Positions 1 to 7,791 of a DNA stretch of 47,955 bases are shown here, piece by piece; the first letter of the stretch is position 1, and each line of letters starts with the position of its first letter. Position numbers and translations under genes: made by a program. The stretch covers positions 1 through 47,955 of the forward strand of contig JASHVE010000441.1 of assembly GCA_030039675.1 (NCBI GenBank). Direction: 5' to 3'. A model generated the notes under the pieces. That model worked only from the letters and a program-made list of their open reading frames with translations, was not told where the DNA came from and made no database searches. The stretch is from Acidobacteriaceae bacterium (GTDB lineage: Bacteria > Acidobacteriota > Terriglobia > Terriglobales > Acidobacteriaceae).

Positions 1-560
1 GAAGCTCCGGCGGCAAGGACAGCCGGAGCTGTTTCGAGCGTGATTCCGGCGGCCGCGGTAAGAATGCGGTCCGGGCCTACCAGTTCACGCATTCGGCGCA
101 CGCCATCGACACCAATAGGCGCCTTGGAGGTTTGCTTGGTCGTAGTGGGAAAGACCGGGCCAACGGCGAGGTAGTCTGCTGGCGCGTCCAGAATGCCTGG
201 CAACAGGGCGCCGCTGCCACCGAAGGTACCGACAATCCGCTTCGAACCAAGGAGCAGGCGGGCCTCTGCGGGAGAGATATCGCCCCCATCGACGTGAACG
301 CCGTCAAACCCAGTCTGTTCAACCAGATCAGCACGATCATCGAGAATCAGCTTGATCTTTGGCGCGGGCATCGCGGTGCGGAGGATTGCCGAATCGGCGA
401 GGATCTCGGCATCGGAGCCGGTCTTGTTGCGGTACTCAAGCAGGGTCACGCCAGCCGCGGCGAGTTCGCCGCCGAGCCGGCGAAGAAATTCCTGACGATT
501 CGCGGCGGGGATCGTTGACGCGTCGAGGATGGGGTAGATCCTGGGGAAAGAAAACACCAT
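1..560 (-). CDS. Thiamine-phosphate synthase (ThiE/TenI) family protein, divergent; 3' end runs off the window
   Basis: Not in the ORF track. Manual translation from ATG 560: MVFSFPRIYPILDAST...GVTLLEYRNK...LILDDRADL...GFDGVHVDGGD...ADYLAVGPVFPTTTK...AAAGITLE, the ThiE TIM-barrel motif order. Confidence 0.85.
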   Translation of the reverse strand, partial: MVFSFPRIYPILDASTIPAANRQEFLRRLGGELAAAGVTLLEYRNKTGSDAEILADSAILRTAMPAPKIKLILDDRADLVEQTGFDGVHVDGGDISPAEARLLLGSKRIVGTFGGSGALLPGILDAPADYLAVGPVFPTTTKQTSKAPIGVDGVRRMRELVGPDRILTAAAGITLETAPAVLAAGA

Positions 561-589
561 ACGATCAGGGTAAATGACAATGCACAGAT

Positions 590-627
590 CCCGCCCTTTC
601 CCGGAAAGAAGGCGAAAGGACGGGGCC
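590..627 (+). repeat. REP-like palindrome, degenerate copy 1
   Basis: CCCGCCCTTTCCCGGAAAGAAGGCGAAAGGACGGGGCCC; similar to 3797-3836 and 46558-46596. Confidence 0.7.
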
Positions 628-636
628 CAGATGTGT

Positions 637-664
637 TTCCCTGCTTCCTGTTCCCTATTCCCTG
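637..664. repeat. Tandem heptamer array (TTCCCTR) x4
   Basis: ttccctg cttcctg ttcccta ttccctg, just past the stop of the DinB-family gene. Confidence 0.7.
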
Positions 665-668
665 GCTT

Positions 669-1172
669 TCACATCTCGTCTGCGGAAGGCCCGTACACGC
701 CGGGCAGTTTGCCGCCGAGAAAGCGAATGTACACTCCGAGCTGTGCGCGGTGATGAATGGTGTGGCCGATGACCCAGTTGCGCCAGACTTCGTACTTGGG
801 CTCGTTGATCCATACCTGGTCGCCGACACCGAACTTCCAGTTGGTGGACCATTTGGCGGGGTCGAAGGCAGCCAGCGCCGATTTGGCCTTGGCTACGTCT
901 GCGTCGAATTTCTCAAGCAGCGCCGCGGTAGATGCCGGGATATATGGTTCGAATTTGTGGTCGGCGGGAAAGATCAGCGCGTCGCTGGTGAGCGTGTGGA
1001 CGGCCCAGTCACCAAAGGTCTCCGAGGTATGCCCAGCGAGGCGGCCAAGGCTCATCGACTTGGGGTTAGGCTTGTAGTTGAAGTCCGCGTCGGGGGGAAC
1101 GGCGGCCAGTATCTTGCGTGTGCGGTCCGCTTCGCGGTCGTACTCAGCAATGATTTCTTTTTGAAAATCCAT
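669..1172 (-). CDS. DinB/YfiT-superfamily protein (167 aa; not DNA Pol IV)
   Basis: MDFQKEIIAEYDRE...KPNPKSMSLGRLAGH...HTIHHRAQLGVYIR...PGVYGPSADE with the His triad; GGAGG SD at 1180-1184. The longer ORF-track start at 1628 is unlikely. Confidence 0.9.
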   Translation of the reverse strand: MDFQKEIIAEYDREADRTRKILAAVPPDADFNYKPNPKSMSLGRLAGHTSETFGDWAVHTLTSDALIFPADHKFEPYIPASTAALLEKFDADVAKAKSALAAFDPAKWSTNWKFGVGDQVWINEPKYEVWRNWVIGHTIHHRAQLGVYIRFLGGKLPGVYGPSADEM

Positions 1173-1227
1173 CGTGCAACCTCCTGACGTTGCGAGAGAC
1201 AGCATAGCCCATCTCGCGTGAAAAGGC

Positions 1228-1242
1228 GAACAAAAAACGAAT
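1228..1242 (-). promoter_or_regulatory. Candidate LexA (SOS) box, GAAC-N7-GAAT, in the promoter of the DinB-family gene
   Basis: GAAC-AAAAAAC-GAAT is one mismatch from the GTTC-N7-GTTC direct repeat reported for Acidobacterium and alphaproteobacterial LexA. A -10-like TATGCT lies at 1201-1206 on the minus strand. Confidence 0.55.
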
Positions 1243-1258
1243 ATATTTACAGAATCTT

Positions 1259-3628
1259 TCACGGTTGCGGCAGGGCAAAGGCAACGTACGCGCCACCAGT
1301 CGGGCCTTTGGGATCGCGGCCGCCGCTGGCGGCGATGACGACGTACTGGCGGCCATCGACCATGTACGTAGACGGTGTGGCGAGCCCGGCGAAGGGCAGC
1401 TCCGTCTCCCACAGGAGCTTTCCGGTGCCCGAGTCGAAGGCGCGGAATTTGCGGTCGTAGACCGTTGCGCCGATGAACAGGACGCCGCCGGCGGTGACGA
1501 TGGGCCCTCCGTAAAGCTCCGAGCCGGTGTCCTTCAGCCCCTGGCGGGCCAGCTCGGGGTATTCGCCCAACGGAATCTTCCAGAGATACTTGCCGGTTTT
1601 GAGATCGATGGCATTGAGCGTGCCCCACGGCGGCGCGATGGCCGGATACCCGTCCGGATCGAGGAATTTGCGGTAACCGGTGAAGACGAACTGCAAAGAG
1701 TCATCGGATGAGGGTGCGGGTTCGGGTTCGCCCAGATAGCGCAGCAACGCTTCGAGCTCTGTTCCCTGAATCTGCGGCATGGCCGGCATGGCGCCCTTGC
1801 CCTCATGGATGCGCGCGGTGATTTGTTCTTTGGTCAGGCGATTGCCAACACCGACGAGCGTGGGAATGGCGGGAGGGGTTCCCTCCATGTGTGCGCCATG
1901 ACACATGGCGCAGTGGTCGCGATAGGAGGTGCCGCCTGCGGAGTTGAAGGCGGGCTGTTCTGATTGCCCCGGTAATGCGGCCCGTTCCTTGCCTTGTCCA
2001 GACGGGACCGGAGTACGGAGAAATTCGAGCAAGGCGGCAAGACTCGCGTCGTCGATGTTCGGAAACGATGGCATGCGGCCAGCACCATTGCGGATCGTGC
2101 TGGTGATCGCTTCCTTGCTCAGGTGGTCCTCGATTCCGATGAGCGATGGAAATGCTGGCGGTGAGCCGGCGCGATTCAATCCGTGGCAGACGGCGCATTG
2201 CTGGTTGTAGAGTTGCTCGCCGGGGGTTGAAGCGTGCGCAACGGGAGCGAGACCGCCGGTCCATGCCATCTCCGTCGATCCGATGAAGAGCGTGTTGGTG
2301 GTCGGGTCGAGCGCGGGGCCGCTCCACTCACCGCCGCCGTCGAAGCCGGGAAAGACGACTGTCTGCCGGCCTACGGCCATTGGGTAGAACTGTCCGCCGC
2401 TGCGAAAGGTGCTGAACTCCTTGACGGCCCATTCGTGCGCTTCAGGAGTGCGGTTGGTGAGCATGTCGGCGGTGAGTTGCTGTCGGCCGAAGGGCAAGGG
2501 CCAGTCGGGCGAAGGCTGAGTGGGCGAGGTTACTTCACCGGGAACAGTGCTGGACGGATAGGGGCGCTCATGAATGGGAAAGAGCGGCTGGCCCGTGAGG
2601 CGATTGAAAAGGTAGACATAGCCCTGCTTGGTGATCTGGGCGAGGGCTTCGACGGTCAGGCCATTTTCATGAAGCGTATAAAGCGCAGGCTGCGCAGGAA
2701 AATCCCGATCCCAGAGGTCGTGGTGGACGCCCTGAAAATGCCAGAGGAGCTTGCCGGTAGCGGCATCGAGCGCGAGGATGCAGTTAGCGTAGAGATCGTC
2801 GCCAACGCGGTCGCCGCCGTAGAAATCCATGACCGCGGAGCCCGTCGGCACATAGACGATGCCGTGCTCGGGGTCGAGCGACATGCCGGCCCAGTTGTTG
2901 GCGGCGCCGGCAGTCTTCCAGGCATCGGGCGGCCAGGTTTCGTAGCCGGGTTCGCCGGGGTGCGGGATGGTGTGAAAGCTCCAGCGCAGCGCTCCCGTGT
3001 GCACATCGTAGGCGCGAATGTCGCCGGGCGGAGCAGGGTGCGTTTCCGGATTTCGCCCGCCGACGATGATGAGGTCTTTGTAGATGACGCCGGGCGTGGT
3101 GAGAGCGACGGACTGCTCTTGATAGTCGCCGCGCAGGTTTTTGCGCAAATCAATGCGTCCATTTTCGCCGAAACCGGCGATTGGCTTTCCCGTTTCGGCG
3201 TCGAGGCAATAGAGAAAGTTCATCACGCCGGCGAAGATGCGCGAGTGCGTGCCATCGGTCCAGTACGTGACGCCGCGATTGGGCTGCGTAGCGCGAATGC
3301 CAGAGTCGAACCTCCACTTCAGCCTGCCGGTTGCTGCGTCGAGCGCGATAACGATCTGTGCGGGCGTGTAGGCGTAGAGCGTGCGGCCGACGACGACTGG
3401 ATTGACTTCGAGATTGCCCTTTTCGCCGGTGTCGTAGGTCCAGGCGACCGTGAGGTGCTGCACATTGGCGCGATTGATCTGCGTGAGCGGCGAGTAGTGA
3501 TCGCTGTCGATGCCGCCACCGTACACGGGCCAGCTTGTGGTTTGTGCCAAACTCGCGAGGCCGGCGAAAAACACAGTACAAGAAAGATACTTCGCACTTA
3601 TTCGATAAGTCTTCGAGGAAATCGACAC
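1259..3628 (-). CDS. PQQ-dependent dehydrogenase (glucose/quinate DH-like) with two inserted cytochrome c domains
   Basis: PQQ propeller repeats (ALDAATGRLKWRF, AYDVHTGALRWSF, HHDLWDRD, PPWGTLNAIDL), CAVCH and CAMCH each followed by a distal Met (GRMP, GAMP), and a signal-peptide-like N-terminus. Start uncertain (3628 or 3658). Confidence 0.9.
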   Translation of the reverse strand: MSISSKTYRISAKYLSCTVFFAGLASLAQTTSWPVYGGGIDSDHYSPLTQINRANVQHLTVAWTYDTGEKGNLEVNPVVVGRTLYAYTPAQIVIALDAATGRLKWRFDSGIRATQPNRGVTYWTDGTHSRIFAGVMNFLYCLDAETGKPIAGFGENGRIDLRKNLRGDYQEQSVALTTPGVIYKDLIIVGGRNPETHPAPPGDIRAYDVHTGALRWSFHTIPHPGEPGYETWPPDAWKTAGAANNWAGMSLDPEHGIVYVPTGSAVMDFYGGDRVGDDLYANCILALDAATGKLLWHFQGVHHDLWDRDFPAQPALYTLHENGLTVEALAQITKQGYVYLFNRLTGQPLFPIHERPYPSSTVPGEVTSPTQPSPDWPLPFGRQQLTADMLTNRTPEAHEWAVKEFSTFRSGGQFYPMAVGRQTVVFPGFDGGGEWSGPALDPTTNTLFIGSTEMAWTGGLAPVAHASTPGEQLYNQQCAVCHGLNRAGSPPAFPSLIGIEDHLSKEAITSTIRNGAGRMPSFPNIDDASLAALLEFLRTPVPSGQGKERAALPGQSEQPAFNSAGGTSYRDHCAMCHGAHMEGTPPAIPTLVGVGNRLTKEQITARIHEGKGAMPAMPQIQGTELEALLRYLGEPEPAPSSDDSLQFVFTGYRKFLDPDGYPAIAPPWGTLNAIDLKTGKYLWKIPLGEYPELARQGLKDTGSELYGGPIVTAGGVLFIGATVYDRKFRAFDSGTGKLLWETELPFAGLATPSTYMVDGRQYVVIAASGGRDPKGPTGGAYVAFALPQP

Positions 3629-3729
3629 CCCAGCCCTCGCTCTGCGCGGCGCACGCACTCATTTGTGAAACGAAGCGATTGTTACACAGCGGCGAGCGGC
3701 AGCGGAAGCTACGCGATACGATCGTGACC

Positions 3730-3768
3730 GCAGGTCTCCTTCGAGTCCGCTGTGCTTCGCAGGATGGC
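3730..3768 (+). repeat. Degenerate second REP-like family (CAG-TCCTTCG...CAGGA type)
   Basis: GCAGGTCTCCTTCGAGTCCGCTGTGCTTCGCAGGATGGC; similar to 20272-20305. Confidence 0.45.
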
Positions 3769-3796
3769 GGCGTGTCGGTGCGCGGCATTGTGCGTT

Positions 3797-3836
3797 CCCA
3801 CCCTTTCCGCAGAGAGCGCGGAAAGGATGGGGCACC
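3797..3836 (+). repeat. REP-like palindrome, copy 2 (possibly Acido-Lenti-1-like)
   Basis: CCCACCCTTTCCGCAGAGAGCGCGGAAAGGATGGGGCACC hairpin, near-identical to 46558-46596. Confidence 0.85.
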
Positions 3837-3875
3837 CAGATTTTGGGAGTGAAGGAATTGAAGACGCGCGACTGT

Positions 3876-5246
3876 TCAGGCGGATTTCTTCTGGGCTTCG
3901 GAGCGGGCGGTGAGAAAGCGTTCCATGAAGCCGGTGTCGAACTCGCCGGCGCGAAATCCCGCATCGGCAAAGATCTCCTGATGCAATGGAATCGAGGTGT
4001 GAATACCCTGCACGACGAACTGGCTGAGTGCGCGCTCCATGCGCGCGATGGCCTCCTCACGGTCGCCGCCATGCACGATAAGCTTGGCGATGAGCGAATC
4101 ATAGTAGGGCGGGATGACGCCTTCAGCGTATTGCGCCGTGTCGACGCGGACGCCATTGCCACCAGGGACGTTGAAGGCGGTGATCTTTCCGGCGGAAGGA
4201 GTGAATTTCTGCGGATGCTCGGCGTTGACGCGGCACTCGATGGCGTGACCACGGATTTCGAGCTTACGCGGCAGGATCGCGCTCAAGGGTTCGCCGGATG
4301 CGATGCGCAGCTGGGCTTTGACCAGATCGATGCCGGTGATGGCCTCGGTGACCGGGTGCTCTACCTGAATACGGGTATTCATCTCGATGAAATAGAGGCG
4401 CTGATTGGCGTCCATCAGGAATTCGACGGTGCCGGCGTTCTGGTAGCCAATGTCGGTAAGGCAGCGGCAGAGAGTCTTGCCGATCTCTTCGCGAAGTTTC
4501 GGTGAAACCTGCAGCGAGGGTGCTTCCTCGATGAGCTTCTGATGGCGACGCTGGATGGAACACTCGCGCTCAAAGAGGGTGACAACATGGCCGTGCTCAT
4601 CGGCGAGAACCTGGAACTCGATGTGACGCGGGTTCTCGATGAACTTCTCCATGTAGAGCTCGCCGTTGCCGAAGGCGTTCGCCGCTTCCGCGTTGGCGGC
4701 ATGGAAGAGATTAGGCAGTTCCTCAGCGGAGCGCACGATGCGCATGCCGCGGCCGCCGCCGCCTGCTTTGGCCTTGAGGATGACCGGATAACCGACCTTC
4801 GCGGCCCATGCTTCGGCGTCTTCTACTGTGGGAATTACACCGTCCGAACCAGGCAGGATGGGCACGTTAGCCTTTTTCATCGCCTGGCGCGCCTTCTCCT
4901 TTTCACCCATCAGACGCGTGACTTCCGGCGGAGGGCCGATGAACTTGATGTTCGATGCGCGGCAGACCTCGGCGAAGTTGGCGTTCTCGCTGAGCAGGCC
5001 GTAGCCGGGGTGGATTGCGTCGACGTCGGCGATCTCGGCTGCCGAGATGACGGCTGGAACGTTGAGATAGCTGTCGGCCGGACGCGGCGGGCCGATGCAG
5101 ATGGCCTCGTCGGCGAAGCGGACGTGGAGGGAGTTGCGATCGGCCTCGCTATACACGGCGACGGTGCGCACGCCGAGTTCCCGGCATGCGTTGATGACGC
5201 GGAGAGCAATTTCGCCGCGATTGGCGATAAGAACCTTACGAAACAT
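3876..5246 (-). CDS. accC: Acetyl-CoA carboxylase, biotin carboxylase subunit
   Basis: [54 protein letters not shown]. Confidence 0.98.
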   Translation of the reverse strand: MFRKVLIANRGEIALRVINACRELGVRTVAVYSEADRNSLHVRFADEAICIGPPRPADSYLNVPAVISAAEIADVDAIHPGYGLLSENANFAEVCRASNIKFIGPPPEVTRLMGEKEKARQAMKKANVPILPGSDGVIPTVEDAEAWAAKVGYPVILKAKAGGGGRGMRIVRSAEELPNLFHAANAEAANAFGNGELYMEKFIENPRHIEFQVLADEHGHVVTLFERECSIQRRHQKLIEEAPSLQVSPKLREEIGKTLCRCLTDIGYQNAGTVEFLMDANQRLYFIEMNTRIQVEHPVTEAITGIDLVKAQLRIASGEPLSAILPRKLEIRGHAIECRVNAEHPQKFTPSAGKITAFNVPGGNGVRVDTAQYAEGVIPPYYDSLIAKLIVHGGDREEAIARMERALSQFVVQGIHTSIPLHQEIFADAGFRAGEFDTGFMERFLTARSEAQKKSA

Positions 5247-5264
5247 GGACGAACCCTTGAAACG

Positions 5265-5316
5265 GCAAGTCAGCGTACCGGCAATTTAGCAAGTTGGCGA
5301 GTTAGCAAGTTAGCGG
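5265..5316. repeat. Tandem degenerate octamer array (GCAAGTTA) x6 in the accB-accC spacer
   Basis: gcaagtca gcgtaccg gcaattta gcaagttg gcgagtta gcaagtta gcgg, in exact 8-nt phase. Confidence 0.75.
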
Positions 5317-5381
5317 CATTCCAGTTGAACTAACCGTGATAACTCTTGGCATGATTCAGATCTGCTTGAATCCGTGAATCG

Positions 5382-5876
5382 CTAGGCTGGACGAATGGCA
5401 AAGAGCGGCTGCCCGAATTCGACGGGCTGTCCGTTCGCGACGAAGCATTTCACGATCTCGCCCGTGGCATCGGCCTCGATTTCGTTCATCAGCTTCATGG
5501 CCTCTACGATGCAAACCACCTGTCCCTTCTCGACGTGGTCGCCGGGGGAAACGAACGACGCGGCGCCGGGCGACGGCGACGAATAGAAGGTGCCGACGAT
5601 GGGCGATTTGAGAACATGCAAGCCGTCATCGGGATCGGAGGCGGGCCCCGCAGACGCAGATGCCGCAGCTTGTGCCGCAACCGGGGCCGGCGCAGCCGCC
5701 GCAGGCGCGGACTGGAGCAGGCGCGCCAAGTCGCCGAGGCTCGCTGATGCGCTTTCCTGTTGATGGAATTTCAGCCGGATCTTCAAGTCGCCGCGGTCGA
5801 GATCGAATTCGGCAACCTGATATTGCTTCAGGAACTCGATCAGTTGTTTCAGGTCTTGGATGTCCTCTGGTTTCAT
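5382..5876 (-). CDS. accB: Acetyl-CoA carboxylase, biotin carboxyl carrier protein
   Basis: SPIVGTFY, EAMKLMNEI biotinylation motif and an Ala/Pro linker; start at MKPEDIQ. Confidence 0.97.
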   Translation of the reverse strand: MKPEDIQDLKQLIEFLKQYQVAEFDLDRGDLKIRLKFHQQESASASLGDLARLLQSAPAAAAPAPVAAQAAASASAGPASDPDDGLHVLKSPIVGTFYSSPSPGAASFVSPGDHVEKGQVVCIVEAMKLMNEIEADATGEIVKCFVANGQPVEFGQPLFAIRPA

Positions 5877-5925
5877 TCGTTCCTTAACGTGCCCGCGATC
5901 GCGCAAGCGGATGCGGAGTCTGATT

Positions 5926-7017
5926 TCAAAGTTCGATAAGAGCCTTGGGCGCAGGCGTGAGCACTTGCCCACCGCTGCGATTCACGGCGACCATATCTTC
6001 GATGCGAATGCCGAACTCGCCTGGCAGATAGATTCCAGGTTCGACAGTGATCACCATGCCGGGCTGCAACCTGGTTGCCTGTCCGGCGCCGACGCGCGGC
6101 GGCTCGTGAATCTCCAGGCCGACGCCATGGCCGGTGGAGTGGGAAAATGCCTCCGCCAATGCTTCCCTGCGCAACACGTTGCGGGCAGCTTCATCCACTT
6201 CCCCGCAGCTCACGCCTGATCTTACCGCAGCGACCGCAGCCTCCTGTGCTTCGAGCACCGCAGCATACGCGTACCGCTCCTTCGGCTTCGGTTTGCCGAG
6301 GAAGACGGTGCGTGTCATGTCGGAACAATAACCCTTGAGAATAACACCGAAGTCGAGGGTCAGGAAGCCTCGGCGCGGCAACGCGAGGGCCGTAGCGCGA
6401 CCATGCGGCAGAGCTGAACGCGCCCCCGAGGCCACGATGGTTTCAAAGGACATTCCTTCGGCGCCCAACAGCCGCGCCTGGTGCTCGAGCTCCGCAGCAA
6501 TCTCAATTTCGGAGACGCCTGGCTTGATAGCAGAGAGAATGTGGCCGAAGAGCCGACAGCCGATGAGCGCGGCATCTTGCATGATGCTGAGCTCATCTTC
6601 GTCTTTCAGTTGACGCAGCGGTTCGACAAAGGGCGCGGGCAGCGAGCAGAGAAAACTGCGGCGCAGCCGGTAAGGCAGCGCGGCCTTCCAGCGCGCGAGA
6701 TCGGCGACGGTGGTGCGTGAAGGATCAAACCCGGCAAGCTCCACGGCCGGTTGCGCGGCGAGCCACTGAACAGCGGCGACAGCGGGCGGGTTGGGCACGA
6801 TCTGAACGCGGGCCGCCTTGGTTTCCGCGGCTGCCTGCGTCGTATAGCGGCCATCGGTAAACAGGCGCGCCGTGCGGCGCGTGACGGCCAGGGCTGCGCT
6901 GGAGCCGGTGAAACCGCAAAGATAGCGGAGATCGGGCAGATGTGTGATGAGAAGGCCAGGAAGCCCGGCGCGAGTCAACCTGCGGCGCAGCGCGCCCATG
7001 CGGCGGAGATGGTCCAC
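5926..7017 (-). CDS. Xaa-Pro peptidase, M24 family
   Basis: Creatinase-like N-domain (YLCGFTGS, TDGRY) and metal ligands in LDFG, YCSDMTRT, HSTGHGVG, TVEPG, RIED. Confidence 0.93.
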   Translation of the reverse strand: MDHLRRMGALRRRLTRAGLPGLLITHLPDLRYLCGFTGSSAALAVTRRTARLFTDGRYTTQAAAETKAARVQIVPNPPAVAAVQWLAAQPAVELAGFDPSRTTVADLARWKAALPYRLRRSFLCSLPAPFVEPLRQLKDEDELSIMQDAALIGCRLFGHILSAIKPGVSEIEIAAELEHQARLLGAEGMSFETIVASGARSALPHGRATALALPRRGFLTLDFGVILKGYCSDMTRTVFLGKPKPKERYAYAAVLEAQEAAVAAVRSGVSCGEVDEAARNVLRREALAEAFSHSTGHGVGLEIHEPPRVGAGQATRLQPGMVITVEPGIYLPGEFGIRIEDMVAVNRSGGQVLTPAPKALIEL

Positions 7018-7040
7018 TCGGTCAGTTGTATCACAGCGAT

Positions 7041-7118
7041 CAGCTGACAGTTCTCAGTTCAGAGTTCCCAGTTCTCCTGGGGCAAACCGCGAGCTATGAA
7101 CTGCGGACTACGAACTGC
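7041..7118. repeat. Inverted heptamer array A: (CAGTTCN)x5 - 8 nt - (GAACTRN)x5
   Basis: cagctga cagttct cagttca gagttcc cagttct | cctggggc | aaaccgc gagctat gaactgc ggactac gaactgc. Confidence 0.85.
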
Positions 7119-7122
7119 CCAT

Positions 7123-7389
7123 TCACATCGCAGACTGCACTGGCTTCTTCTTCTCAGGATCAACTTCTGCCGTCGATTGCATATCGGACTGCCGGTCCAT
7201 CCATTCGTCGAGGCGGGAGCGCTTGAAGCGCCAGCGGTTGCCGAGCTTGAAGGCGGGAACGAACCCTTCGGAGGCGTATTTGTAAAGAGTGTCAGGCGAG
7301 ATACCGAGGTAATCGGAGGCCTGGCGAATGTCCATGACTTCGCGTACTTCAGGAACAAGCAGATTGGAGCGGGCCGCGGCGCTGCGCAT
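7123..7389 (-). CDS. Small excisionase/BldC-like (HTH_17, MerR-superfamily) DNA-binding protein
   Basis: VMDIRQASDYLGISPDTLYKYASEGFVPAFKLGNRWRFKRSRLDEWM; strong GAGGAGG SD. Confidence 0.9.
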   Translation of the reverse strand: MRSAAARSNLLVPEVREVMDIRQASDYLGISPDTLYKYASEGFVPAFKLGNRWRFKRSRLDEWMDRQSDMQSTAEVDPEKKKPVQSAM

Positions 7390-7485
7390 ATTGCCTCCTC
7401 AACTGGAAGAAAATACCCCGGGGGTCGGACTCCGGCAAATTTGCCGTTAGCTTTGTATATATCGCGGTTTCGCCTGTGAGTTCAA

Positions 7486-7511
7486 GGAATTTCCGGAAGT
7501 TATAGGAAATT
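7486..7511 (-). promoter_or_regulatory. Three phased GGAAnTT direct repeats just upstream of a candidate -35 of the HTH gene
   Basis: GGAATTT (7486), GGAAGTT (7495), GGAAATT (7505); minus-strand TTGAAC at 7480-7485. Confidence 0.5.
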
Positions 7512-7565
7512 CATGGGTTCTGTTTGAAAAATTGACGAAGCAGCGCGATGAACTTGTCGGGTCAA

Positions 7566-7738
7566 TACCCCTGCCGGTTGGGTGGGAAGGCCTGACCGGG
7601 TACAAGCAGTTGAGCTATTGAGGCGGATGGTGCTGGAGCGGTTCCTCCGCTCCTGCAGCCGTTTCCGGCTTCAGCTGCGGTGGCACTTTCCTGAAAAAGC
7701 CACTCTGCTTCCCGGCGGGAAACGGCAACCGTGGAGCC
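7566..7738 (-). ncRNA. Candidate structured ncRNA with 6S-RNA-like architecture (strand not certain)
   Basis: Nested pairings CGGUUG/CAACCG, CCGGG/CCCGG, AAGCAG/CUGCUU, GCU/AGC; a central bubble; an apical rod CCGC-AG-CUG-A-AGCCG-GAAA-CGGCU-G-CAG-GA-GCGG; and a -10-like GACTAT at 7742-7747 directly 5' of the closing stem. Confidence 0.5.
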
Positions 7739-7791
7739 GCTATAGTCCAGCTCGGAACCGCAGAACCGTTCAGAAGTGCTTCGAAACGCAC

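Noticed and set aside
669-1628. 319-aa ORF, and reading DinB as DNA polymerase IV
   Set aside because: The N-terminal extension overlaps the PQQ gene. The real product is the 167-aa DinB/YfiT-fold protein, which has no Y-family polymerase motifs.
2234-3727. Long antisense ORFs (2234-3727, 18564-19823, 30343-31647, 32553-33689, 33707-34708, 44356-45552 and others)
   Set aside because: They lie opposite well-supported genes, have no recognisable motifs and are expected in GC-rich DNA.
5877-5925. No efp between the M24 peptidase and accB
   Set aside because: The spacer is short with no remnant, and gene-order variation alone is unremarkable.
7041-7118. Repeat arrays as CRISPR
   Set aside because: Units are 7-8 nt with no unique spacers, and no cas genes are present.
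7123-7389. HTH gene as a prophage or ICE excisionase
   Set aside because: No integrase, att-like duplication, tRNA target or phage genes; the flanks are housekeeping genes.
7607-7624. tRNA-like 5' segment GCCTCAATAGCTCAACTG (minus)
   Set aside because: No D-stem partner, anticodon arm or TTC T-loop follows, so no cloverleaf can be built.
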